Shown piece by piece: positions 1 through 8,153 of a stretch of DNA of 32,000 nucleotides; position 1 is the stretch's first letter; every line of letters starts with the position of its first letter. The stretch is from Pyrodictium abyssi (GTDB lineage Archaea > Thermoproteota > Thermoprotei_A > Sulfolobales > Pyrodictiaceae): assembly GCF_036323395.1 (NCBI RefSeq), contig NZ_AP028907.1:240001-272000 (forward strand). Reading direction: 5' to 3'. Below the pieces are notes generated by a model. The model made no database searches. It had not been told where the DNA came from and saw only the letters and a list, made by a program, of their open reading frames with translations. The translations under genes and the position numbers were made by a program.

Positions 1-195
1 GAGTATGTAGGGGCCCACGGTGCTTCCCCGCCCGCCCTCTATGACTAGTATCTTTCCAGCTATACTGCGGCCGTCTACGAGTGTGCCCTTCTCGGGGTCT
101 ACCTCCCCGTAGAAGGATAGCCGGCCCATGACCACCAGAGTTTCGCCAGCAGCACGGCCCTCTACGAGGCCGCGTAGCTCGAAGCGCTCCATCAT
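1..195 (-). CDS. AcnX-type phosphomevalonate dehydratase small subunit (DUF126 family); 3' end cut by window edge
   Basis: Not in the ORF track because it runs off the window. My reverse-strand translation from ATG at 193-195 is MMERFELRGLVEGRAAGETLVVMGRLSFYGEVDPEKGTLVDGRSIAGKILVIEGGRGSTVGPYIL. This fits the DUF126 pattern (G.A.G..LV...LSF.G.VD...G...G.S..GKILV...RGST.G). It lies 27 nt downstream of the DUF521 large-subunit gene. Confidence 0.7.
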   Translation of the reverse strand, partial: MMERFELRGLVEGRAAGETLVVMGRLSFYGEVDPEKGTLVDGRSIAGKILVIEGGRGSTVGPYIL

Positions 196-222
196 CCCCG
201 GTCCCTCGACGCAGGTGAGCCA

Positions 223-1410
223 CTACACGCCGTATTTCTTCACGAAATCCTCTAGAGAGGAGAGCGCCACTCTGACGCCATGCCTCCGGGGCATGTAGAA
301 GGCTGTCTTGACCGAGTCGGTAGCTATCGCCCTGATGCCAGCCTTGCTGAGCGTGCTTACTACTAGACACGTCCCGGGGAGTACGTGTATGCCGCGTTCC
401 CTAAGCCCGGCTATGGCCTTGCGTAGGCTTCCCGCCGCACCGCCAGGTATAGCTATCCATATGGGGCGCCGAAGCCTGCTGACACCATACCTCTCCAGCA
501 CCTGGAGTATTTTGCTAACTGCACGCTTTGGGTGGTGCGGGCACCCGGTGAAGAATAGCTCTGCCTCATCTATGCCAGCTGTTTCTACCTCCTCGCGCGC
601 TGCCTCGATATCCCTGCGGTCCACGGCCACCTTTTCGACGCCCAGGGGCGGGCCCTGGTCCTCCGGCGAGACACCCTTTATGACGCACATCGCGGTACTT
701 CCTGAGGCCGCTGCAGCTGCGCATAGGGATACTACCTGCCACTTATCTAGAGGGTTTACGTCGATGTACGGTACTTCGCCGGAGAAGCGGCTACCAACTA
801 TATAGCCTAGGACTCCCGCAGCCAGCCCGTCTCTTATGCTGGCCTCGACTTTTACGAGCTTAGTGGGTCTACGGTTCTCGTCAAGGTGGAGCCCCCATAG
901 GTATGTTCTCCCGACAAGCGCCGCTGCTAGCGCTACTGGCCCGCCTTCCCGGTTTGTCCTAGCACCGTAGAGAGTGTTGGCTACTGCTACAGCGCTGGAC
1001 TCGCCCCATGCCAGGTGCTCGCCGGGACGCGGCTCGCGTAGCGTATACGGGATACACGTGCCGCTGGGCTCGAAGCCCATGCGTATTAGCGCATCTATTA
1101 TCCTCTTCTGCTTGCGCGCGTCCTCACTGGGCACCGTGTAGGGCGGCTCGACATCCCCCAGGGGGAATCCCGCGGGGTTAAATGTCGAGTAGACCGCGAC
1201 CCTCCCGCTGGCTGCTAGGGTCTCTATGAACTCTAGACCGTAGTCCCCTATGTTGCTGTATGATACCCCGCTCACGTGCACGTGTGATACTCTTACCAGG
1301 CGTTCTGCGCCAAGAGCCTCGCCGACACGTACTATGAGCTTCATTGCTAGCTGGCGTGATGGCCCCTCTTCCCCGGCTAGTATACGTTCTTCCTCGCGGG
1401 TAAGGTACAA
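223..1410 (-). CDS. AcnX-type (aconitase X, DUF521) phosphomevalonate dehydratase large subunit
   Basis: 395-aa ORF. The N-terminus MYLTREEERILAGEEGPSRQLAMKLIV..GA..LV.V..VHV is the typical DUF521 start. The start codon is TTG (caa at 1408-1410). It is flanked by a UbiD-type gene upstream and a DUF126 gene downstream. Confidence 0.85.
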   Translation of the reverse strand: MYLTREEERILAGEEGPSRQLAMKLIVRVGEALGAERLVRVSHVHVSGVSYSNIGDYGLEFIETLAASGRVAVYSTFNPAGFPLGDVEPPYTVPSEDARKQKRIIDALIRMGFEPSGTCIPYTLREPRPGEHLAWGESSAVAVANTLYGARTNREGGPVALAAALVGRTYLWGLHLDENRRPTKLVKVEASIRDGLAAGVLGYIVGSRFSGEVPYIDVNPLDKWQVVSLCAAAAASGSTAMCVIKGVSPEDQGPPLGVEKVAVDRRDIEAAREEVETAGIDEAELFFTGCPHHPKRAVSKILQVLERYGVSRLRRPIWIAIPGGAAGSLRKAIAGLRERGIHVLPGTCLVVSTLSKAGIRAIATDSVKTAFYMPRRHGVRVALSSLEDFVKKYGV

Positions 1411-1413
1411 GGC

Positions 1414-2718
1414 CTAGCCTTGACCCCCAATGGTAGGCTTTACGTACTTGTCGCGGTCACGTATAGGCATTGTCGCGTCCACTAGGAGTTTGTATGTGAG
1501 CCCATCCTGGGCGCTTGGGTCTAGCGTAGAGCCGCGCGCAGCCGGTATAACTACGAGCCCGCGGTCAGCCTGTAGACGTGTAGCTATCGCCCACTCGACC
1601 TGCCTGGGGTCGTCGGGGTCTATGTCGCTATCCACTACTACCACGTGCTTGAGACTGGGGTGTGCAGCGAGGGCTGCTAGCCCTGCAGACTTGCCGTCAC
1701 CATCATGCTGCTTCTCGATAGAAACGACCGCGTGGAGCCACATACCGCCTGCTGGTGTTAGCCTTACCTTAGAGACCCCTGCTACTGCGCGCGAGACTGC
1801 CTCGTAGATCGCGGCCTCTCTCGGAAACCCCATGAGCATCATGTGCTCGTAACCGCCCGGGAGTATCACGTGCATATACGGCTTGTAGACCTTGTTCACG
1901 TAGATATGCTCTACATGGAGCACTGGCTCCTGGCGCACGTCGTCGTATAGCTGGAGGAGGTCTACGAACGGGCCTTCGCGTGCTCTATCTGGGCCGAGCC
2001 GCGCCTCCACCACCATGGAGGAGCCGCAGGGCACTGGCAAGTTGTAGCGCGGCGTGCGGCACACGGCTAGGCCTCCGAGCATACTGGCGGCGATGCCTAG
2101 CTCGAATACGCCGTAGGGAGGGCTTGTGGCCGCTGCGAGGAGTACACGCGGGTCTACGCCTATGACTACTGCTACTGGGAGCCCTTTTTCACCCGACTTT
2201 TTCAGCATACGGTATAGGTGCCTTGGCACAACACGGACTGCTGCATAGCTGCCATCGTCGCTCACCATTATTCTGTGTATAGATGCGTTGCATACATCCT
2301 CGCTACAAGCTATGAATACCGATGATGTGATATAGCGGCCTCCATCCCTATCGTAGAAGCGTAGAGCTGGTAGGAGAGAGAGCTCTCCCCCCACATGCTC
2401 GAAGTACTTACTGAATGCACGCTCTTCGAATTTTTGTTGGGGCGAGGAGCTGGCCTTGGATAGTACGGTGTAAGCTTCCCTGTCGTCCTTGGCGCCGAGC
2501 GCTCTGTATAGTGTCTCACGGTTGGCTATGAGGTTTGATATGAATGGCCAGTTGAACTCCTTCACCATGTACTCTACTATGCTGGAGCCGTCATACTGCT
2601 TTATAAACCGCGCAGCCTCGTAGCGTGCGTCAAGCGGGCTGGCAGCACTTACTATGCTGGCTCCCCGGCTCTGGACTATCTCTAGGTAGTTCTCGACGGA
2701 AGCCTCTATATTACGCAT
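1414..2718 (-). CDS. UbiD-family decarboxylase, probable trans-anhydromevalonate 5-phosphate decarboxylase
   Basis: 434-aa ORF with UbiD-like architecture throughout. ATG at 2716-2718. It ends 3 nt before the AcnX large-subunit gene. The specific function is inferred from this linkage to the AcnX genes. Confidence 0.8.
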   Translation of the reverse strand: MRNIEASVENYLEIVQSRGASIVSAASPLDARYEAARFIKQYDGSSIVEYMVKEFNWPFISNLIANRETLYRALGAKDDREAYTVLSKASSSPQQKFEERAFSKYFEHVGGELSLLPALRFYDRDGGRYITSSVFIACSEDVCNASIHRIMVSDDGSYAAVRVVPRHLYRMLKKSGEKGLPVAVVIGVDPRVLLAAATSPPYGVFELGIAASMLGGLAVCRTPRYNLPVPCGSSMVVEARLGPDRAREGPFVDLLQLYDDVRQEPVLHVEHIYVNKVYKPYMHVILPGGYEHMMLMGFPREAAIYEAVSRAVAGVSKVRLTPAGGMWLHAVVSIEKQHDGDGKSAGLAALAAHPSLKHVVVVDSDIDPDDPRQVEWAIATRLQADRGLVVIPAARGSTLDPSAQDGLTYKLLVDATMPIRDRDKYVKPTIGGQG

Positions 2719-3989
2719 CTTAGGGGCCTCCCTGCTTCCTCGTAGTCCTCGTTGAGCCTTATGCCCCCGAGTACTAATCCCTTAACTTCCCCCGTGTAGG
2801 GCGTGGCTATCTTTGCAATCATTCTCTGGAGGTCTATGTCGCGTAGTATGCCCAGGGCTTTTTCCTCACCGTCAGGGCCTATAAGGGACACTAGCGCGTT
2901 CGCTACGAGATTCTTGTCCAGGATATATACCTGCTTTTGGTACATGGATGAAGCTTTTTCTAGGCCTGCGGGGTCTGGCTGGCCAAGTGTCACTACGTAG
3001 AGTGTATCGTAGGTCTCGCTCGCCGCCAGCACTGGTACGCGGAGAAGCTGCTGCAGCGTTCTCGCATGTTCTTCGGAGAGCGTGGCTCCGGAGAAGAAGC
3101 AGCTTCCGTAGACGGATACCTTGTCTAGCTCTATATCCCTTTCGTAGAGGGGCTCCAGGTATCTGCGGTAAGCCTGGCTGCGCAGACCTCTGCGTTCTTC
3201 GCGGTTCCTCTCCCTTCGGGCTGCTGGGCTCGGAAGGTAGGCTACACCGCACTTCTGTCCGGCGAACACGCCTTCAACCATGCGGTAGAGCTTCTCGTCC
3301 CCTACTACATACACCATATCTGCCGAAATATACCTAGCTATTTCCGCCTTATACTCGATTGAGTTTAGCCCCTGCACCCATCCATCGGTATCAACAACCA
3401 CGACGTCTACTCCTGCATTACGCAGCTTCATAACAAGCTCGACGACACCGGCTACTATCCTTCGCTCCGCGCGCTGGGGCGTAATATTGCCGACGAACCT
3501 CATGTACTCTGCGCGTAGCTCTCGTAGCCAGAGTATAGGCCTTCTCACCTCTGCTGCCGAGACACAGGCTGGTGGACCCACATCAGCCTGGCCCACATCA
3601 GCGTCTACTACGCCAGTCCGCAGCCCCCTGAGAATCGCGCGATTGGCTATTAGGGCCGATACACTTGACTTGCCGGCGTCCACGGGCCCTAGCACTATGA
3701 ACGTTCTACAGCCTCTACGGAGGGCATCGTCTACGCTCCGCACCCACGTGTCTACGACCTCTTCGCCTGGTGACGGCCTCTCTATGGAGCCTCCGTAGAC
3801 TACATCCATTTCTATACGCGACTCTACCAGCGCTTTCACGGCATAACTGCGGTACCTATGTACTTCGAACTCGTCTCCAGTGTTGAATACCGCGCCGAGA
3901 ACCATTACCTGGCCGTAGACTACACGCGCCTTTAGCGGCCCTTCAACTCGTACAATTTGCCCAGGCTCCAGGATGAGATGCACACGCAT
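2706..3989 (-). CDS. Clp1/Grc3-family polynucleotide 5'-hydroxyl kinase
   Basis: 427 aa. P-loop LGPVDAGKSSVSALIANRAIL followed by VVDADVGQADVGPP matches the Clp1 signature (GP.D.GKST ... .D.GQ). The N-terminal beta-rich domain (QIVRVEGPLKARVVYGQVMVLGAVF) resembles the Clp1 N-domain. Its 3' end overlaps the UbiD-type start by 13 nt. Confidence 0.85.
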   Translation of the reverse strand: MRVHLILEPGQIVRVEGPLKARVVYGQVMVLGAVFNTGDEFEVHRYRSYAVKALVESRIEMDVVYGGSIERPSPGEEVVDTWVRSVDDALRRGCRTFIVLGPVDAGKSSVSALIANRAILRGLRTGVVDADVGQADVGPPACVSAAEVRRPILWLRELRAEYMRFVGNITPQRAERRIVAGVVELVMKLRNAGVDVVVVDTDGWVQGLNSIEYKAEIARYISADMVYVVGDEKLYRMVEGVFAGQKCGVAYLPSPAARRERNREERRGLRSQAYRRYLEPLYERDIELDKVSVYGSCFFSGATLSEEHARTLQQLLRVPVLAASETYDTLYVVTLGQPDPAGLEKASSMYQKQVYILDKNLVANALVSLIGPDGEEKALGILRDIDLQRMIAKIATPYTGEVKGLVLGGIRLNEDYEEAGRPLRCVI

Positions 3990-4023
3990 ACTTTCTTGCC
4001 CCCGTTGCTGCCCAGCATACGAC

Positions 4024-4689
4024 CTAGTGCTGACCCCGCCGACGATGCCCGTTCATGTATACACGAAGCGCTATAGCCGCAGCCGCGCGGAGATCATCAC
4101 TGCCCAGCTTCTCAATACCTTTGATACCTAGCAGTGGTGTTCTGTTGGACCTATACTCGTCCACAAGGTATACCCTGGCATTACACGCCTCAAGCATCTC
4201 CATTATCTCCAGAGCACGGTCGAGAACAGCCGGCGATGAGCCTATAGCCACTGCTAGCTCTGGATGCCTTTTTGACGCGCTGCATATAGAGCTTATCAGC
4301 TGCTGCGAGTCCAGCGGCTCAAATCCGCTATAGATTACTGCTCCCGTGGAAAGCACTACGTAAGCAAGCCTCGAGGACCCTACATCAATACCTACTATAG
4401 CCTCGTAGACACGCCCTCTGATAGCCTTTACCACGTCAAGTAGATGTGTTATCAAGTTACCAGTATGCGTATCCACAACCAGCGTCCTATCACATGACTC
4501 GTTTACGCTTTCTACCGTGGAAGGATCGGCCACAACTAACGTGTTGCCACTACACGTTACCCGCCCATGGGGTATAGTGTAGCTTATACCCATGAGCCTG
4601 GCTAGCTCTACTAGCGCACCCGCTAACCCGGGCTGGCTAGTCCATATAACTATGTGCTGCCTCAAGGCTTCTGCTGGGACCTGCCCCAA
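4024..4689 (-). CDS. Hypothetical protein with a C-terminal YqgF/RuvX-like (RNase H-fold) signature
   Basis: 221-aa ORF. The start is TTG at 4687-4689; an alternative ATG lies at 4591-4593. Residues ~95-215 read IVGIDVGSSRLAYVVL ... LAVAIGSSP ... VYLVDEYRSN ... SDDLRAAAAIALRVY. These follow the order of the RuvX motifs (DxG..., vvG.P, DE..t, D..AA.iiL). The stop lies 34 nt upstream of the Clp1 gene. Confidence 0.55.
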   Translation of the reverse strand: MGQVPAEALRQHIVIWTSQPGLAGALVELARLMGISYTIPHGRVTCSGNTLVVADPSTVESVNESCDRTLVVDTHTGNLITHLLDVVKAIRGRVYEAIVGIDVGSSRLAYVVLSTGAVIYSGFEPLDSQQLISSICSASKRHPELAVAIGSSPAVLDRALEIMEMLEACNARVYLVDEYRSNRTPLLGIKGIEKLGSDDLRAAAAIALRVYMNGHRRRGQH

Positions 4690-4724
4690 CCCGTGGTCCG
4701 GGTCCAGCGTCTCGGGGAGGATAT

Positions 4725-5315
4725 TTGCCTATCTGCCGCCGATTAGCCGAGGTGCTAGCCTGGCCCGGCGTTGTACTTGTGTATGGAGCTGCAGGCGTGG
4801 GCAAGACTACACTCGCGCTAGAGTTCATCAAGGACTATTGTAGCTCGAAGTGCCTCTTCGTGTCCACCGAGGGGCTGGAGTTCATACACCGCGCCGAGCA
4901 GATGAAGATAGATACTAGCAGGATTAACGTGTACGGGGCTTTGTGGCATACAGACTTCCTAGAACTATTAGCGCACATGAGCCTAGCCCTCTACGACGTA
5001 GTCGTAGTTGACAGTGTTAACGCGTTCGTGAGGCTTGACGCCCAGAAGGCATACGACGTTACACTATTGCTGAGCGCAGCGCTCTACAAGCTAAGTGAAG
5101 ACTATGGTGTACCCGTGGTGGAGACTGCGCAAGTACACAGTGTTGATGGCTCCTACGAGCCCGTCGCCATGAAGGGCTTAGCTATGTGGTCTCACAACAT
5201 TATAAGGCTTGACTACGTCTCGCCGGGGCATAGGAGATTAAGCGTAGAAAAGCCGGATGCTCTAGAGCTTGAGTTCCGCATAGGAGAGGGGGGAATAGAG
5301 TGGCTGAACTGCTAG
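4725..5315 (+). CDS. RecA-superfamily ATPase, RadA paralog (aRadC/RadB/KaiC-like)
   Basis: 196 aa. Walker A is VLVYGAAGVGKTTLALEF and Walker B-like is YDVVVVDSV. The start is TTG at 4725, with GGAGG (4716-4720) 4 nt upstream. Confidence 0.75.
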   Translation: MPICRRLAEVLAWPGVVLVYGAAGVGKTTLALEFIKDYCSSKCLFVSTEGLEFIHRAEQMKIDTSRINVYGALWHTDFLELLAHMSLALYDVVVVDSVNAFVRLDAQKAYDVTLLLSAALYKLSEDYGVPVVETAQVHSVDGSYEPVAMKGLAMWSHNIIRLDYVSPGHRRLSVEKPDALELEFRIGEGGIEWLNC

Positions 5316-5806
5316 ACCCCTTTCACACCATCCTGGTGCTACTACCAGCGCTTATAGCTAACGGCTCTCCTGTTCTACTGAGCTACGGCGGGACACCGAT
5401 AGATGGGGGGCGGAAGTTCCTCGACGGCAGACCTATCCTAGGCCCAGGGAAGACCTGGGAGGGCTTGGCCATAGGGACTCTCTACGGCTCTATATTTGCT
5501 ACATTCCTATCATCCACGACGTGCTCGCTAACGATACTAAAGGGCGGTATAGCCGCGGCTATAGGCGCTCTTCTGGGGGACATGCTCGCTGCCTTTGTAA
5601 AGCGGAGAATAGGGCTGGAGCGTGGTGCGCCTGCACCAGTACTTGACCAGCTCGACTTCTATGCTGGAGCGCTACTGCTGCTTTATGCTGTCGGTATAGT
5701 GGTGCACCCATACACGGCTGTGCTCATGGCACCGCTGGTTCTAGCTCTACACCGCCTGACGAACATAGCCGCTAACAGGCTAAGGCTAAAACCGGTGCCA
5801 TGGTGA
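5300..5806 (+). CDS. carS: CDP-archaeol synthase
   Basis: 168 aa, multi-pass membrane protein. LLPALIANGSPVLL...PIDGGRKFLDGRPILGPGKTWEGLAIG matches the CarS (DUF46) signature. GTG start overlaps the upstream gene by 16 nt. Confidence 0.9.
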   Translation: MAELLDPFHTILVLLPALIANGSPVLLSYGGTPIDGGRKFLDGRPILGPGKTWEGLAIGTLYGSIFATFLSSTTCSLTILKGGIAAAIGALLGDMLAAFVKRRIGLERGAPAPVLDQLDFYAGALLLLYAVGIVVHPYTAVLMAPLVLALHRLTNIAANRLRLKPVPW

Positions 5807-5832
5807 GCCGGGAGCTGTTTTAAACATACGGG

Positions 5833-6033
5833 CTACTGTGTGCTAGCTGCCTCTTCGCCAGTATTTATCATGCCTGCTAGCATCTTCATCTTGTAGCGGT
5901 AGGCTACGTACTTGTCTTCTGGCGAGAACCGTGGCGGGTGTGGCACAGCTACGCTACCACCGCATAGAGGGCACTTATCACGCCTGAGCGTGTACCTACC
6001 ACATACGGTGCACCGCCTCATGAGCCAGCGCAT
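5833..6033 (-). CDS. nop10: H/ACA RNP protein Nop10
   Basis: 66 aa. It has a zinc ribbon (CTVCGRYTL..CPLCGG) followed by PHPPRFSPEDKYVAYR. The start may instead be the internal ATG at 6021. Confidence 0.9.
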   Translation of the reverse strand: MRWLMRRCTVCGRYTLRRDKCPLCGGSVAVPHPPRFSPEDKYVAYRYKMKMLAGMINTGEEAASTQ

Positions 6034-6097
6034 AGTACACCGCCCTTACCAGCGACACGCACTCTACGCCACTGGATAAGAGAGGAGCTTGTAGGGG

Positions 6098-6904
6098 CTA
6101 GCGCTTCTCCCTAGTGAAGCTGAATATAACGCCAAGCTCCTTGGCCTTTGCCTCGCCCACTTCGAGCCCTTTTTCGAGCGCCTTCTCGAGCGTCTTATAG
6201 TCGTACGCGTCTAGCTCTAGTTTGTAGCGCGGCGCGCCAACAGTGTACAGTCTTACCTTGATATCCCTAGAGCTCTCTAGTATCGCCTCCTTCACGCTTA
6301 GTAAGACCTCTTTTATGCGCTCAACGCCATCGCCTGCAAAGCTTCTAGCCATTATAGTGCCGCCTATCTTTACCCTCTTGACCTCCACGTGACGCCTTAT
6401 CTCCTCTAGAAGCGGGCCCACCCAGTCCTCCGGGACACCAGCCTCTCTGAGTACATCCTCGCCGCGGATAGCGGCCTCCTCGAAAGCAGCCATTAGTTCT
6501 CCGTAGGCCTCTTCTAGCCGCCAGCCAACCTCCTCGTATGCCTGCTCTAGCGTCTTTCCAAGCTTCTGTGCCACTATCTCTAGTATCTTCTCGGCCTTCT
6601 GTGCCCTCTTCCACTCCATCATCTTACGGCGGCGCTCGTTGTCGTTTACGCGCTTCAGCGATACGTCTACCTGCTTACGCTTCCGGTTAACCCTGATAAC
6701 CTTGACTACTATCTTCTGGCCGGGCTTCACGACGTCATGGATGCTGCGAACCCAGCGCGAGGCAACCTCGCTCCAAGGCAGGTATGCCTCGAGTCCTCCA
6801 TACTCGTCTAGGTTGAGGTAGGCACCGTAGTCGTAGACCTCGCGTACGGTTGCAACCACGAGCTCGCCGACGTCGGGTAGCTCCTTCCTCTTTATGGGCA
6901 TCAC
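6098..6904 (-). CDS. eif2a: Translation initiation factor aIF2 alpha subunit
   Basis: 268 aa. N-terminal S1 domain: ELPDVGELVVATVREVYDYGAYLNLDEYGGLEAYLPWSEVASRWVRSI. GTG-ATG tandem start with GGAGG upstream. Confidence 0.95.
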   Translation of the reverse strand: MMPIKRKELPDVGELVVATVREVYDYGAYLNLDEYGGLEAYLPWSEVASRWVRSIHDVVKPGQKIVVKVIRVNRKRKQVDVSLKRVNDNERRRKMMEWKRAQKAEKILEIVAQKLGKTLEQAYEEVGWRLEEAYGELMAAFEEAAIRGEDVLREAGVPEDWVGPLLEEIRRHVEVKRVKIGGTIMARSFAGDGVERIKEVLLSVKEAILESSRDIKVRLYTVGAPRYKLELDAYDYKTLEKALEKGLEVGEAKAKELGVIFSFTREKR

Positions 6905-7077
6905 GGCTCGCCTCCAGTTGTCCTAGCTCCTTTGACTACAACCCGGTATACAGTCCAAGCGGGCTTAGCCCAATTTATAGCTACGAGAAGCTGGCCGCTG
7001 GCCCAAGAAGCCGTGGATAAACTGTGAAACCGAACCTTACGTATGGGAGGCCCAGCCACGGCTTGATAGTCTGCTAC

Positions 7078-7082
7078 AAAAA
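7078..7082 (-). terminator. Oligo-T tract (T5 on the minus strand) downstream of S27e
   Basis: The minus strand reads GACACGTTTTTGTAGC about 15 nt after the S27e stop. Archaeal terminators are typically oligo-T tracts. Confidence 0.45.
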
Positions 7083-7096
7083 CGTGTCAGAGAGGG

Positions 7097-7297
7097 CTAG
7101 CCCAGTACGCGTACTACCTGGCCGGTTATCTTAGCCTTACCGCCAGTCGGCTCTACCAGCTGAGCACCGCAGACGAGGCAGCGGCTTGGGAACGTTGCGT
7201 GGCTGAATACTACCTGCTCGTTGCCGCAGACCGGGCAGCGTACTAGGAGGAACCTGCTCCGAGGCTGCGGTACCAGTATCTTCAGCTTCTTCACCAT
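7097..7297 (-). CDS. rps27e: Ribosomal protein S27e (eS27)
   Basis: 66 aa. C4 zinc ribbon [29 protein letters not shown], typical of S27e. Confidence 0.95.
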   Translation of the reverse strand: MVKKLKILVPQPRSRFLLVRCPVCGNEQVVFSHATFPSRCLVCGAQLVEPTGGKAKITGQVVRVLG

Positions 7298-7300
7298 ACG

Positions 7301-7585
7301 CTACCTCACCTCCACGAGCTCGACCTTCTTCAGCCTGATACCCCTACGGTGGAGTATGTAGCCACACTTCTGGCACTTGAGCTTCAGCACGACCTTCTTA
7401 GTTACCTTTGCAAAACGCTTCTGCTCGGGCTTCCTCTTGCTACCATAGCCTTCCTGCTTCCTGCGGTACCTGCGCTCACCCTCAGCCAGGCTGCGCCGCT
7501 TACCGTGCTTGTATATGGCCACTGAGTGCGGTGTGTGCGTCTTACACCGCGGACAATAGGTATTGATGACCTTTGGCACCCTCAT
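7301..7585 (-). CDS. rpl44e: Ribosomal protein L44e (eL42)
   Basis: 94 aa. [11 protein letters not shown]...GKRR...[16 protein letters not shown]...KCQKCG matches L44e. Confidence 0.95.
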   Translation of the reverse strand: MRVPKVINTYCPRCKTHTPHSVAIYKHGKRRSLAEGERRYRRKQEGYGSKRKPEQKRFAKVTKKVVLKLKCQKCGYILHRRGIRLKKVELVEVR

Positions 7586-7677
7586 GACGCCGCACCGCCA
7601 CTCCTACCGGGGAATACCCGAAGAGGTTCCCCAGGCTTCCTAGCTTAAATGCTCTTCACAGCCCTGGAGACCCTATG

Positions 7678-8139
7678 TCACCCAGCTGTACTCCCAAGTT
7701 TTATCCCGGACTCAACGGGCTCCGCTATATCGGCTAGCACGAGCTTGGCTGCTTTCTCGGGCTCTATACAGACAACTGCACCAGGCCTAGCCACACCACC
7801 ACGCAGCCCTAGATGCCTTTTCAACACTACCGGCATGCATGCACTACCATACACTACCTCCCCCACAATGAGTCTCGAATACAGCTCCGCTTCAGCGACA
7901 CCTGCATCAGAAGCTTCTACAACAACGTCCCTTACTAGACGCTTCATCTCACCTACCATGTCTAGGTACCGGGCTACAACCGCTTCCTTCTTCAGGGTGC
8001 CACGGTCCAGCAGTGTCTGCGACAAGTACCTATGGAACTTGACGCCGCTGCTGAGTATCTCTTCCAGACGCCCCGTCTCTAGAACCTTCTTCAGCGCGTC
8101 CAGGAGCATAGATAACCCATACTCGTCACTAGTCGACAT
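7678..8139 (-). CDS. GINS subunit Gins51 (Gins15)-like
   Basis: 153 aa with a helical N-half. The C-terminal segment PVVLKRHLGLRGGVARPGAVVCIEPEKAAKLVLADIAEPV resembles the GINS B-domain. It lies immediately downstream (14 nt) of priS, the arrangement I recall being reported for Sulfolobus. Confidence 0.6.
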   Translation of the reverse strand: MSTSDEYGLSMLLDALKKVLETGRLEEILSSGVKFHRYLSQTLLDRGTLKKEAVVARYLDMVGEMKRLVRDVVVEASDAGVAEAELYSRLIVGEVVYGSACMPVVLKRHLGLRGGVARPGAVVCIEPEKAAKLVLADIAEPVESGIKLGSTAG

Positions 8140-8153
8140 TCTCTGCTACACCC

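Noticed and set aside
6905-7096. Possible C/D-box or other small RNA in intergenic gaps (also 7586-7677, 10056-10157, 14446-14814 and 19339-19550)
   Set aside because: I found no RUGAUGA ... CUGA box pairs at sRNA spacing on either strand. The 8-bp inverted repeat AGCCGTGG/CCACGGCT in 6905-7096 encloses a 37-nt loop and is too weak to call.
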